Assembly: GCF_006345805.1 (NCBI RefSeq)
Contig: NC_043013.1
Span: forward strand, 744,001 to 808,000
Reading direction: 5' to 3'
DNA length: 64,000 bases
Source: Octopus sinensis
Taxonomy: Eukaryota
Shown: positions 13,501-28,000 of the stretch, in pieces
Numbering within the stretch: position 1 is the stretch's first letter
How the letters are laid out: every line of letters starts with the position of its first letter
Made by a program: the position numbers and the translations under genes
Notes under the pieces: generated by a model
Told to the model about the DNA's origin: nothing
Database searches by the model: none
Seen by the model: only the letters and a program-made list of their open reading frames with translations

Positions 13501-16500
13501 CCCAGGACACATAAGTCTTACACTATCCACTTGTTAAACTTACAGTCACTCTATCTGCCTCTGATCCCTATTTTAGCATCAAATAGTTAAACCCGAAAAC
13601 AGCAACAGTCATGCAGGAGGACATAACTCTTGTTACCTCACATGCTTTCCAACTTATATTATACACATTTTTATTTCTTTATTACCCACAAGGGGCTAAA
13701 CACAGAGGGGACAAACAAGGACAGACATAGGTATTAAGTCGATTACATCGACCCTAGTATGTAACTGGTACTTAATTTATCGACCCCGAGAGGATGAAAG
13801 GCAAAGTCGACCTCGGCGGAATTTGAACTCACAACGTAACGACAGACGAAATACGGCTTTAATTATATGCAACGGTGCCAATAAATATTTGATCCACAAC
13901 TTTGGCCACTGTCTTTCTTTCCTGGAGTCATCATTATCATCTTCGCTTTCAACATAGACAACAACCATTACATTCTGGTAACCAGTCCGTTACATGCAAT
14001 TGGTGACCCTGAGGCTAGCAACCCATTACAGATGGTGGCCCTGAAGTTAACAACTTGTTATGATTGGTGAACCCAACATTAACAACCTGTTATAGATATA
14101 TACACTTCATCATCATTTAATGACTGTATTCTGTGCTAGCATGGGTGGGGCTACACATAAATACATACAAGACACACACACACCATTTTGCCTCGAGTAC
14201 AATGCAATCTTGAATAAAATATGACTTTATTCTTTGTAAACTAACAATCATCATCATCATTGTCCATGCTGGCATGGGTTGGATGGTTTGACCAAGGATG
14301 GCAAGGCTGGAAGGCTGCACCAGATTCCAGTCTGATATCGCATGGTTTTCTATGGCTCGATGCCCTTCCTAATGCCAACCACTCTGAGAGTGTAATGGGT
14401 GCTTTTATGTGCCACCAGCACAGGTGCCATTTGCATGACACCAGCGTATGTCTACGTGCCACTGGTACAGGTGCCAATCAGAAATATATCTTTTATCCTT
14501 TCTCTTTTTGTTCCATTCATGTATAATGCTATCCATTAGTTTTGACTTTGATGTTTTGTACTCAATTTCTCACATTATACACAAGAAATAGGGTTTGTGT
14601 GTGTGTGTGTGTGTGCATGTGTAAACAAGTTTGTATATGTTTCTCTTTGTCTCTGTGGTTTAAGTAAAGAGAATATTTAATACTTACACAACCAGCAAAT
14701 GTTAATTTAGAACTTGAAGGACCAAAACAGCAACAACTAATTTGAGATTCACTTGAAAGAATTCTGAAAAAAAAAAAAAAGCCCAAAACAAGAAAACAAT
14801 TACAAGAAAATTTCATAGAATTATTTTTGTTGGTAACAGGAATAGTGAAGCTATGAAGTAAAACATGTTTTCAGCAGGATGTAAAAATAATTATTCAAGG
14901 ATAGCCTTTACACTTAATTTTGTCAATCCCCTTGCTCTTTAAGCCTCATTAATCCAACCCAATATTCCTGGAAAGGAAAATACTTATTTTTCAATAATCC
15001 ATAATGATATATTTTCTACTGAACCAAATTTGAGGGTTTTATACTATCAAATTCGATATGGCAGTTGAATTGAATCTCGCTTAATTTACAGTCTATCCTA
15101 CCAACTTAAAAATATGACACATTGTTTAAGGAAGTTGTAGATACAGTATTCCTGATTAACTGAAAGCAAAGTAATGACTTGACCACCTTTGATCATACGT
15201 CACTTCGGCAGGCCTGAGCATTCCTTGGACCAAATTGTGTTAACATATTTCTAGCTTAATTCCCACTAAATTTCAAAAAAATAGTTGTGCAATAGTTGTT
15301 GTGAAGGTCTTTTGCTGGTCAGAGTTAACCATTTAACTGCTCCTGGAATATTCCGCCTCAGGAGGCTTGCCTCCCCTATATACAAGTGTTTCCCTCTCTG
15401 TAGCATTGCCATTTTCTAAAGGAAAGGTAAATAAATTTTGGCAGGAATTGCTTTCACCAAAGAACAGATACCAAAAGGCAACTCCTCTGATGCTCCAATC
15501 ATTTCAATAATCCATCACTCTGGACTGATACATTTTTACCGACCCTGGATGGATGACAGGTGAAGTTAGCCTCAATGTGATTTTGAACTCAGAGCACAGA
15601 GTTAGAATAAATACTGCAAGGGGTTTCATTATGACCCCCTAATGTCTGCTAACACATCACCTTGCATGTTATTACTTATTATTAGGATGTTGTTTTATCA
15701 ATGTATGTGTTTTATGAAGGTGTGTGCATATTTGGACACCTTCACTTTGGAGCTCTTTTATGCGGGGGAGGGGGGCATTTAGGAAGTGGCTGGAATGCTA
15801 CAACAAGTGTATTGAAGCCCGAAGATTCTACTTTGAATGAGATTAGAATTTTATACAGCTTTGAAATGAATAAATGTCTCTGCTGAAAAAAATCTCAAAA
15901 CTTCTGGAATGTACTTTGTATATATGTGTGTGTGTGTGAGTATGTGCAGTGGCCATACTTAACCACACCCGGCTCTGGGCAGATACCCTCTTCCAACCCC
16001 AACTCAGAGTAAGTGTTTTGGTCTTTCATCCACACCAAATTCAGGACCATTTTTCCTAAATTTTATTGCTATTGTTGTAATGTCCTCTCATGAATTAATA
16101 AAGAATTTACAAAAAAACTGGAAAACTCACTTGGCTGGCTTTGAAGGCTGTTTAAGGTCCCAAACGCCAAGAAAATTCCTACCATTAATATTATCTTTGG
16201 TTTGTGCCTAGAAAGAAAAAAACCAAAAAAACCCCGAAAGTATGTGAAGTACCAATGAAACTGATAAATGTGAATCAAAGAGGAAACCTATATGTGGTTG
16301 CTTGATCTGCTAGACATAACAATCATACTCCCTCAGATCATACAACTCTATAGTCCTAAAGACATTAGCTGGTGTAGTTTTCTTGAGGCAGTGTTTTATG
16401 GCCAGATGCCCTTCATGTTAACAACCTTTTCAGGTCACCTTTTACAGCTATGAAGAAACAATGTACCTATTCTAAAATCAGGAAATACATGGTCAAAAAA

Positions 16501-19500
16501 AAGACCAACTTTAAAGACTAAGAGAAATGTTCTTGTTTTATGTTGTTTAACCCAAGGTCAATAATAACTGAGTATGATCCATGATCAAAAGCTTATAGAT
16601 TATGCAGGACTAAAAACTGGTATTGTTTATGTTGTGCTCTTGTCTGTCCTATAACAAAGCAGTTTGATGAATGGAGATTGATAAAATGAGTACCAGACTG
16701 TGTAAAAGTACGAGGGTTGATGTTATGGACTTTGAAGTTGGTGCCCCGTTCTGGCAGCAGTTGCATGACAAATCAATGAGTGACAATGCACGTACCTTAT
16801 ACATTTTGATGTCGTTGTGGACAGTCATGAGAAAATCTGTGAAGTTGGTGCTCGAACAACAGCAATGCATCACACTCTGCTCTAAACGTTACAAAGAAAG
16901 AAGAAAACGATTTCAAATATTGCTTTAACATATTTTTAGATTTATATATTTTTTTTTTTATTCATATGTTTATATCATATATTTTTGTATCTTTCCATTT
17001 AGAGAGATTACATTCTTGCCAAGAAACAGGACAGAAGGGCTATTCATCATCATCATCATCATCATTATTTAACATCTATTGTCCATGCTGGCATACGTTA
17101 GATGGTTTGACCATGGCTGGTAAGCTGGAAGGTTGTACCAGACTCCAGTCTGATTGTGAATAGAAAACCTCTCCTGGTGAAGAATGCACTACACAACATA
17201 GGTGAACGGCTGGTGACTTGAGAGTCAGAGTTGGACACACAGAAGCAAAAAAGGACAGAGAGAAGGAAGATATGAAAACTAAAAGATCCTGCAATTGGGA
17301 ATAAATTTAGGGAAGTTCTAACTGATGCATATGATTGTCAAGAGTAAGGTTTAGATACCTGTAGCATAGATGACAGGTGAGAATTTTTATGAAATAACCT
17401 GCTGAGGACTACAGAATAGACATGTGGCTGGGCTAAAATCCCTGCCAAACCTAAATGTTACAAGGCAATGGGGATGATACGGTTGATAGAGTGGTAAAAG
17501 CTAAGAAACAGGCTTGAAAAATCTGGAAAGAAAGTGATTGTAGGGAACATTACCAAATGGCCAGAAGGGCAGCCAGGCAACAGGTATCCTTGGCTAAGGG
17601 TGAAAGTATTTTCCATTATTCAAGTGTATAGCTGTGTCTTGTGATTGTCATTATGCCAATAAGATTTGTTTCAACACATGATTTCACATCAAGAATCTTG
17701 CAAACCAAATACCAAACACAAAAATATAGATTTGTAAGAAAAAAACTTGTATAAAACAATAATAAAGTTATTTCATTTCAAGGAAAATCAATCATACTTA
17801 CTACCAAACAAAGGACATATACTGAGAGTGAAGTAACCTGTGCAGAATGCAAGTTGTGAAGAATTCTCAGAAGTGTTTACCATCAAATTATTGTCAGGTA
17901 GTTCCTCTTCTAACAATACTGACATCACCTAAAGAAAAAAAAAAAATTCTTTCTTCGATAAAAAGATTATTATTGTTGTTATTGTTGTTATTAAAATCAG
18001 GACTAGGAGAATGGATTGACAGAATCAAAAAATTGAACAATATACTATAGCATTTCTTCTGGTTCTTACTGTTCTTGGTTCAAATCTGCCTTTCATCCCT
18101 CCAGCTTGAAAATACCAGCGAAGTCCTTATTTTATCAGGCTTTTCCCCCAAAATTTCAGGCCCAGTGCCTGTGTTAGACATAAAGTCAAGGTGTTAGATT
18201 TGTAGAATCATTAGTGTGTAGGGCAAATACCTTATGCTATTTAGTTACAGCTCTTTGTATTCTGAGTTCAAATCCAGTCAGAGTCAACCTTGCCTTTCAT
18301 CCTCCTAGGATCAATTAAAATAAGTATCAGCAAAGTGTTGGAGGGTCAATATAATGGACAACACTTCTCTCAGCCAAATCTGAAGTCTTCTGGCCATGGT
18401 TGGAACAATTAATAAAGCCAGAGTTGTTGTTGCTTAACCTCATGTTGCTGTGATGGAGTAGAACTATGATTGAAGGTATTCCAGCGGTGACCATCTCTCC
18501 TTCATTGTTCTTGGCAAGTATAGCATACTCCAAACTACATTATCCAACGTGTCCTTTCTTTTCAGAGATGATGAAGTGTGACTTGGGGAACTTTAGCTGC
18601 TATTTCAAGCTGGCTGATCAACCATAGAGAAGCTCCTTTATTGACTCATGTTAATCTTAGTCAATTCACTTGATCCCACTGGTACTTCATTTGGGACCTT
18701 TTAACATTTTAATTATAGCTGTTGTTTTTGTTGTTGTTGCTTCACTTCCAAGTGATCTTTGATCAAAAGCATTCCAAAAGTGACCAACTTCGTACTGGGA
18801 GGTCTATGATTATATTCTTTTCCTAAGACAGTAGGTTATAATTTGAGAGAGAGATCTGGCTGCTATTTCTAGAAAGCCAAACAACAAGGTAGAGGTTACC
18901 TTGTTAGGGTAAAGTGTACTAGTGTAGCCAGTCGACTTTTTTATTGGCTTGGAGTGGAAGATGGAACTCTACTCATAGAATTTACAGGAAATCTCAGTAT
19001 ACCAAAAGTAAACTAATGTTTTATTGAGCTTATAGAAATGAAAGACTATTCATATCACAATAAGTTGGTGATGAGGTACAAAAACAATGTGAAGACTGTT
19101 CATTCTTGGTTCAGTTTATTACAGTCTTCCTAAATTTCTCTGTTTTGATTGGTTCTGGTCAGCTTTGCTTGGTTCTAATTGTAGCAACGAGATAACCAGT
19201 TCAAGGAGTTGCAGGATTGTTCACATGTCTTGGACCCCAGGTATGCTAAACTCCAGCTTGTTTTGGGACCGTTGTATGCTCTCAGCCAGACAGTGATTAA
19301 GTATAATTAGGGTTGAATATTCATGTGCTGTGATTAATATTAATTAAGTTTATTTATTCACTGATTATCCACAACAAAGATTATCCATATAGGTGCAGGT
19401 CTGGCTGTGTGGTAAGAAGTTTGCTTTCCAACCACAGGGTTCCGGGTTCAGTCTCACTGTGTGGCACCTTGGGCAAATAGCTTTCTACTATAGCCTTGGG

Positions 19501-22500
19501 GTGACCAAAGCCTTGTGAGTGGATTTGGTAGATGGAAACTGAAAGAAGCCCATTATGTGAGTGTGTAACTTTTAAGATTTACATTCGTTTCTCTTTTATA
19601 TACGACAGAGTGTGAGCACCCTGAGAGAAAAGTTGGACATAAGAAGCATCAAATGTGGTGTGCAAGAGAGACGACTGCGCTGGTATGGTCAAGTGTTATG
19701 TATGGATGAGGACAGCTGTGTGAGGAAGTGCCACACCCTAACTGTGGAAAGAATCTATGGAAGAGGTAGACCTAAGAAGACATGGGATGAGGTGGTGGTA
19801 TGACCTTCAAATGTTGGGCCTCACAAAGGCAATGACAGGAGACAGACCTTTGGAGATATGCTGTGATTTTAGAAGACCCGACAACTAAAGTGAGATCGTA
19901 GCCATGGCCAATGCCAGTGTTGCATGTCCGGCCTATTTAAGAGTACCCTTGATGTGTCAGGCAATATGATATGCTTGAGAAGACCTGTTGAGTCAAGTAG
20001 AACCAAAATTGTAGCGGTGGCCAGTGCTCCCTGACTGGCTTCCATTCTGGTGGCATGTAAAAAGCAATATCTGAATGTGATCGATGCCAGGGCCACCTGA
20101 CTGGCTCCCGTGTCGGTGGCATGTAAAAAGCACCCACTACACTCTTGGAGTGGTTGGCATTAGGAAGGGCATCCAGCTGTAGAAACACTGCCAGATCAGA
20201 TTGGGGCCTGGTGCAGCCTCCTGGCTTCCCAGACCCCAATCGAACCGTCCAACCCATGCCAGCATGGAAAACGATGATGATGATGATGTATGATGAAGAA
20301 GATAAAGCAAGTTAAACATAATTACCCTTGTGGCATGAAAGAGAAATTTGTTGAGTCTGACAGAGTCGAATTCAGTCTTGGAGATTTGATTCCCCACCTC
20401 AGAATGGTTTAATTGGTTACCTACAATGATTTATTAATAGGAGAGAAAAAAATGAAAATTAAAAGAAAAATGCATTTGTTAGTGGTATGAGGGAAGTATG
20501 AGATAATTAAATAAAAATATTAAAAGAATTTAATAAAAGTTGCTTACCTCCAGCAGAATCATGTCCACTTGGAGGATACTGTGTCCATTTATCAACCATC
20601 TCAGTCTCTTCTGTTTGGATGTCTCGGTCAATAGAATCATCTCCAGTTTGGACAAATGCCTGGGAATACAAACACATACACACACATATATATATTTGTT
20701 GTAATAATGGAGTTGAACCAAATAATGATATTTGGAAATCATTTCATATGTAATATCTCTTATTCCTCAATCCAGCCCTCACTGTATCACTGCTACCCTC
20801 TTGTCCACCAACTCCTCTATATACTCACGTTTCACCAGTCACTACATTCCCCCCAGCCACTCCATGCATTCATGTGAAGTACCTACTCCCTATTCATGCA
20901 CCCTTGGCAATACTCTGCCATCCTATTTACATTCTGAGCCCTACCCCATACCTTGAGGCTAGGGTCCTGGCACTTTTCCACCATCTCTCTGTATCTCCTC
21001 TACAGTGTAAGACACCTGTTTCTGTCCTTCTGTCATAACCTGGCACAAGGCCACCTCCCCCAATGCCCCCCCCCTTCTCTCAAAGGATCTTTGACTTGCA
21101 AGTTACTTGGTGACTCTGCCAGTGCTGGTGCCATGTGAAAAGCACCCACTCCACCCTGTAAAGTGGTTGGTGTTTGGAAGGGTGTCCAGCCATAAAAACC
21201 ATACCAAAACGGGTCTTGCTGGTGCCACATAAAAGAGCACTCAGTCCATTCTGTAAGGTGGTTGGTATTACAAAGGGCATCCAGTCATAAAAATCCCCCC
21301 AAAACAGACAGTGAAGCTTAGTGCAGTCGTCTGCCTTACCAGCTCCAGTTAATCATCCAACCGTTACCATGGAAAATAGACATTAAATGATGATGGTGAT
21401 CATGATGATGATGTAAGTTTCAAGTTTGCATGATGGGAAATGCATCCATTATGTAAACCTTCCTCAGAGAAAACATTTCAAAATATCTCTATTTGGTTTG
21501 ACTTCATTATTGCAATTAATACTACTCGATGCCAGTACAAACTTGTCAGTCTTCATTCCACTTATGCAGATACTTGAACAATGATTTGGTGTAGTTTATT
21601 ATCTTTCACTCAAGTCAAAAATCCTGGTGCCACCGTCCAACCCATGCCAGCATGGAAAGCAGATGTTAAACGACAACGCTATATATATATATATATATAT
21701 ATAGAAAAATAGTAGTTGAAAATGCACTGAGAATAATTAGAATATTTTTTATTAATATATTTAAAGCTTTAACTGGTTTCACAGTTTACACGGATTTTCA
21801 AAAGTTCAAATAGAAAGATGTGGCTTATGTTGTAGCTGTCTTGCTTTTGACTAGTGTTTGAAGCTTGACCTATTTTTATAGGATGTCAAGGATGTAATGA
21901 AGATTACATAGGTCAAACAAAGTTTACTCTAAGAAACAGACCGACCATTCACCGATAACAAATACGAGACGCCAGTACTAGACAGATTCCACTGAGTGGA
22001 CACATAGACATATGTGCAAAAAAATAAGTCTCCCAAATTCCAGGTCTTCCCACTCTACTTATATTCAGTGAATACCACAGATGAAGCATGGATAAACAGA
22101 GAATACTTTCATATAAAAGTAAAAACCCAGACTTAACAAACTTTAACAGAATACATACACAAATAACTATTCACACACAAAACTCATTCTACCACTTAAC
22201 ATGAAGAACCTCCACAGCTAACAATCTAAACTTTAGCCATTGGACTACATACATACGACTCCCACCAGAACGATTAAATTTGGAGTGCCTTGATTATAAC
22301 TAAACATGTTCACTCAACTGTGTCTGCCTTCTTTTTAGGCACAAAATATACTGTCACATGACACTAATGCACGAACATGGGGTCAACGTATGAAAGGTTA
22401 TACACTTAATCATGTGTTCATTCTCTACAAACACTTAACAGAAAACATTCAGAGCATTGATTGTTTGGACTTGTTCAGTCAACCGTGTCAGCCTTAACTT

Positions 22501-24994
22501 ATGACGCCAAACATTGTCACTTGATACTAACACATGGACATAGTGGGGAAGCCACAAAAATTTCTAAGACCAGTCATGTGACTATCCTCTACCAATCAAA
22601 TCTTATTCAAAACATACATTAATTTGAGCCATGAACTCCCTATAAAAATAGAGCAAGGTTCAAACCTTAGTCAGAAGCAAAACAGTTGCGACATAAGCCA
22701 CATCTTTTTATTTCAAATTTTTGAAAATCAGTGGAAACTGTGAAACTGGTTAAAGCTTTAAGTATAATAATAATAATAAAATAATAATAATAATAATAAT
22801 AAAAATATTTTAACTATTCTCAGTGCATTTTCAACTTCTGTTTTTCATATATTTCTACCTGTGCGGAATAAAATAACTTTGTTTTCTATTGTAAAAAACA
22901 AAACAAATGAATATGAAATACACATTTCCATAATCTACAGCTGCATGTATCTGCATAAGTGTGCATGTGCATCTGTTATGCATGTATCTGCATAAGTGTG
23001 CATGTGTGTGTGTCTTATGCATGTATCTGAATGAGTGTGTGTGTGTGTTTGTTAGTCTTAAGTTATTTGCGTTACAATTTGACAGACATTTTTTATGGCA
23101 TTGGCAATGATTTTGAAAAAACCATTGCCGATGCCACATGTATACGTGAGGGATGGACTTCTTCAAGAGAATCAACCCTAATTTATGACAGGTAATAATT
23201 TTATCAATTACAGAGGGATGAAAGACAAAGATAACACTTGTAACATTTAAACTCAGAATATAAAAGAACAAAGCTAAATTCTATTAGATTCTCAGTGCAA
23301 TGTCCCATGGTTTCTGCCATTTCAAAACTAAAAGAATAATGCCAAATGACAATACTTGTGTGCAAGATGTATTTTAGAGAAACAAAAAAGAAAAAGAAAC
23401 AATGTAAAATAAAGGATTGTTGTTGTTGCTCAGCCTCAAATCAGTTGTGATCAATTAGACAACTTGTGATTAAAAGGTCTTCCAGCTATGACCATCCAGT
23501 TGGTTCTGTTTTCTCAGACATGCTATATTTTAGATTATATAATGTATCCTTACTTTTTCAAGTGAGTAGGGTGTGGGTTGAAGAGTATTTGCTACTGTTT
23601 CTAGCAGATCAAATGGTCATGTAATCCAGTTAGAATTTAGGGAAATACTTTAAACACGCAGCTGCTGCCAGTCACCGCTATCATCACACACACACACACA
23701 CCTGTATATAGACCATCATCATTTAATGTCCACTTTCCCATGCTTGCATGGGTCAGGCAGAATTTTTCTCTGGCCAGACATTTTTTTCATGGAAGACTGG
23801 AAAAAAACCTCACTTGTGTGACAATGATGCTCATTTACAACCATCACAAGATGTTTAGACAAACAGGGACACACACACACACACACACATGTACAAGACA
23901 GGGTTCTTTCTGTTTCTTCAGAGGTATTCCTCTTTACATATCATCATCAGCATCATCATCAAACATCCATCTTCCTTGCTTGCATGGGTAGGACAGTTGA
24001 CAGAAGCCGGCCAGGTAGAAGACTACCCCAGGCTACTCTGTCTGTTTTGGCAGGGGTTTTGTATGGCTGGATACCCTTCCTAACAGCAACCACTCAAATA
24101 TACACACATATGTGTGCGTGTGTGGGGCATGTCATGGAATCAATTGCCAACAAAAGTTGATGCATTCCTGCAAATGAAGTCATCTAAAGATGACATTTAT
24201 CTGATAAAACAAGAATCATTCCCAGCTGACACTAGTTTCTAACGGATTTAGGAAATCAATACAATGAATTAAATCATCCCCAACACTTGACAAGCCCTTT
24301 AATTTATTGATGCCTATAAAAAAAAGAAAAAGTTTGAAAGCAGAACATAAAAACTGCTAAACTAAATATTCTTTTCTATTCTAGGCACAAGGCCTGAAAA
24401 TTTTGGAGAGGGGGCCAGTCAATTAGATTGACCCCAGTATGCAAATGGTACTTAATTTATCGACCCTGAAAGGATGAAAGGCTAAGTCAACCTTGGTGGA
24501 ATTTGAAGTCAGAACGTAAAGGCAGATGAAATACCGCTGAGCATTTTGCCCGGCGTGCTAACGATTCTGCCAGTTCACCGCCTTACTTATAAACTAAATA
24601 TTACAAAAGCTAAGTGTCTGACTCTGTATCAGGTTTACTAATTAACTGCCTGTTTAATTAGTACACCTTGCATGGGTAGAAAGCTTCAATATGTTGGTGG
24701 GGGCTGGGGGGGGGGGGTAACAGAAGAGCTAATCAATCAGAAGTACTAATAACTTGTACTGATTATAGTGACTATCATACACGCCCCCATCACACCCCAC
24801 CACACCTCTATAAAAGGATAAAGATGAAGTCAACCCTTAGATGGATTTGAACTGGGAATGGAAAGGGACATCACTAAAAAGAGCAAGGCATTCAGTATGA
24901 CTCCTTCATTTAGCCCAGTCATTAGTTTACTTAATTAATAAAAGCTCAGCTCAGTATACACTGTTTATTTTTAGCTCTTATTGTTACTGATTGT

Positions 24995-25032
<38 letters not shown>

Positions 25033-28000
25033 ATTAACACACACAAACTAGATCATCAGCTATGATTCATTCAAATGTGGGTGTAATTAAAATGTAATTT
25101 TCTTTCAATAGCAACAACAAATTATATAAGTTCATGAGTAAAACACACACACACATGTGCAAATTTTATTTGACCTACAGCGATGAATATTCAAAACTTT
25201 ATGGGCCAATCCTTCATTTGCTGTTACATAAAGACAACATCATTATCATTGTCACTACAATTCAGCCACAAATCAACCTCAGTTGTAATGATCTATGAAG
25301 AAAGGCACTCCAGTTATGACCATCCTATCTTTTATCCTGGACCATATTATGCAATGCATTCTTTTCTAAGGCAATCCAGCAGGGTTTGAGGAAAATTTGG
25401 TTGCTATTTCTAAACATTAGAAGCTCCCACATAGGCCTCAGATTGTAATTATTGATGTTGTTTAAGAACAATCATCATCATAATTTAATGTCCGTTTTCC
25501 ATGATGGCATGAGTTGGACAGTTCGACTGGGGTCTGGGAAGCCAGGGGCTGCACCAGGCTTCAGTCTGATCTGGCAGTGTTTCTACAGCTGGATGCCCTT
25601 CCTAACACCAACCACCCCAAAAGTGTAGTGGGCGCTTTTTACGTGCCTGAGAAGGTTGGCAACGACTACGATCGGTTAGTGCTTTTTATGTACCACCAGC
25701 ACATGATATATTGGGTTGGCAACTAAGTTCCCGCTGTTTTTTTTTTAATTTTGGAATTTATTGCGTTTTTAAATTTTGGAATCTATAGTTAATTTTTGGA
25801 ATGTCAAGTTAAGAAAAACGAGCATTTTCAACACCTCCTCCTTTTTGCTTTTAATCAAGGTTTTAAAGCCACAAAAGCTGCTCGTGACATTTGTGCCGTG
25901 TATAGCGAGGGTGCCATAGCTGGAAGAACCGCTCGTGATTGGTATGCCAAGTTCAAAAATGGAAATTTTGACCTCAAAGACGCACCTCATTCTGGCCATC
26001 CAGTTGAGTTCGATGAAGAGTAATTAAACCAACTTTTGCACGAAAATTCTTGTCAAACGACAAGGGAACTGGCAGAGAAAATGGAATGCTCCCACACTGC
26101 TATAGAGAAGCATCTTCACTCGATGGGAAAGGTTCAGAAGTATGGAGCATGGGTTCCACATGCTTTAAGTGACAACAAAAATCAACGAGCCACAATCTTC
26201 GCTATCTTGCTTACTTGTCACTGCTCAACTCATGGACACAAGCAACGATTTCTTTACCGAATCGTTACTGGCGACGAAGAATGGTGCCTGTACATCAATA
26301 TGAAGCAGCGTAAGGAATGGCTTAGCCCCGGTAAACAAGCGATACCGCGCGTGAAACAAGATCTTCATCCGCGTAAATCGAAGTTGTGTGTATGGTGGGA
26401 CTGGGAAGGGATTATCCATTACGAATTGCTTGAACGGAACCAAACGGTCAACGCGGAACTCTATGTTCAACAGATGGAATGACTCAACACGGCTATTCAA
26501 GAGAAAAGACCTAATCGGCAGCATGGAGTTCTTCTGCATGACAACGCTCGCCCTCATATTGCCAATATGACCAAGGAAGCCATTCAAATGCATGGCTGGG
26601 AAATGCTGCCACACCCGCCGTACTCTCCTGATTTGGCACCAACGGATTTCCAGCTCTTTCGATCTCTTTCAAATGCTATGCGCGGAGTTTCGTTCAATAC
26701 TGATTCAGAATTGAGAGCTTGATTGAATCAATTTTTTGAGTCGAAATCAGGTGATTTCTACCAATGGGGTATTGAAAATCTTGTTGAACGTTGGGAAGCA
26801 ACAAAGGTGAATACATTATTGATTAATTAGTTGTTATTTTTTATTAAACCTTTTAAAAAATCTAAATTTTAAAAAACGGTGGGAACTTAGTTGCCAACCC
26901 AATAAAATAATCCCTTGACTTTTGTGGGTTTTACATTACTAAACCCCTCGTGATAGGTGAAAATCCACACAATAGAAACAATACTGTGCTACATATTTTT
27001 TTTGGTTATCTTTATAATTTGTACATATTTATTTTATTATAAATGCAAAACAAACACCACAGAGGAATTGACGGAAGCGTAAATGAGAAGCCATGACAGG
27101 TGAACTGCGATATGGTGAGAGATTACCATATGCTGTATAGGATAATGACATTCAATGGTACATGAACAGTAATGGATTTAGACATAACCTTAGCAAACTA
27201 GACCTTAGGGTCTCAATCTGTAGGGGCCTCCAAATAATTAAAAAGCACAAATGTTTTCAATTTTTCTGAGATTTTCTAGTGTGAATTTTCTTTAACAATA
27301 GTCTCAAAACTTTATACAAGCAAAGGGCCTCAACAATTTATATAGATTAGGGCATCTGAATCCAGCATAGATAATAATATTGTGAACGAAGGCTTTCCAA
27401 AAGTGACAAGATCAAATTTTTTTAAGCAATAGTGTATCTAGTGATTTGAAGGAGATTTGGCTATTATTTCTAACAGTTTGAATGACTGTAAAGTCTCTTT
27501 TGCAGCGAGCTGACAGGAATGGTATCATGTCAGACTAAATTCTTAGTGATATTTTAAACACACCTCCCTAAAGGTGGCTTTACCTTTCAACATTTTGGAG
27601 TGAAAATTATGTAAGTAACAGTCATACACTGGGGTCATCCGGTCTAAAATAAATTTTGTGCCTAAGTAATAAATCAATATCATACAAAAACCATGATTGC
27701 TATCCATCAAGAATTATAGAAATATTTCTTAAACTCCTGAGGCAAGTCTAGAAAAATATCATTGAATAAAACTACTGAATGGATATTAAAATAAAGACCT
27801 GTTTGTAATTGGCACGGCCAAAACTGCTGATATAAAGTTCATATTGACTGATGGGTGACATTTCAAAGACTTCCTGATCAACATCCGTATCCAACACAAT
27901 CAACTTCCTCAATTCTTTGTAGCGAGCGATTAACTTGGACTTAACTTCTTTACTGACATGTCGTCGATTTGTCCTTGTGATCTCCACAATGCCATAATTA

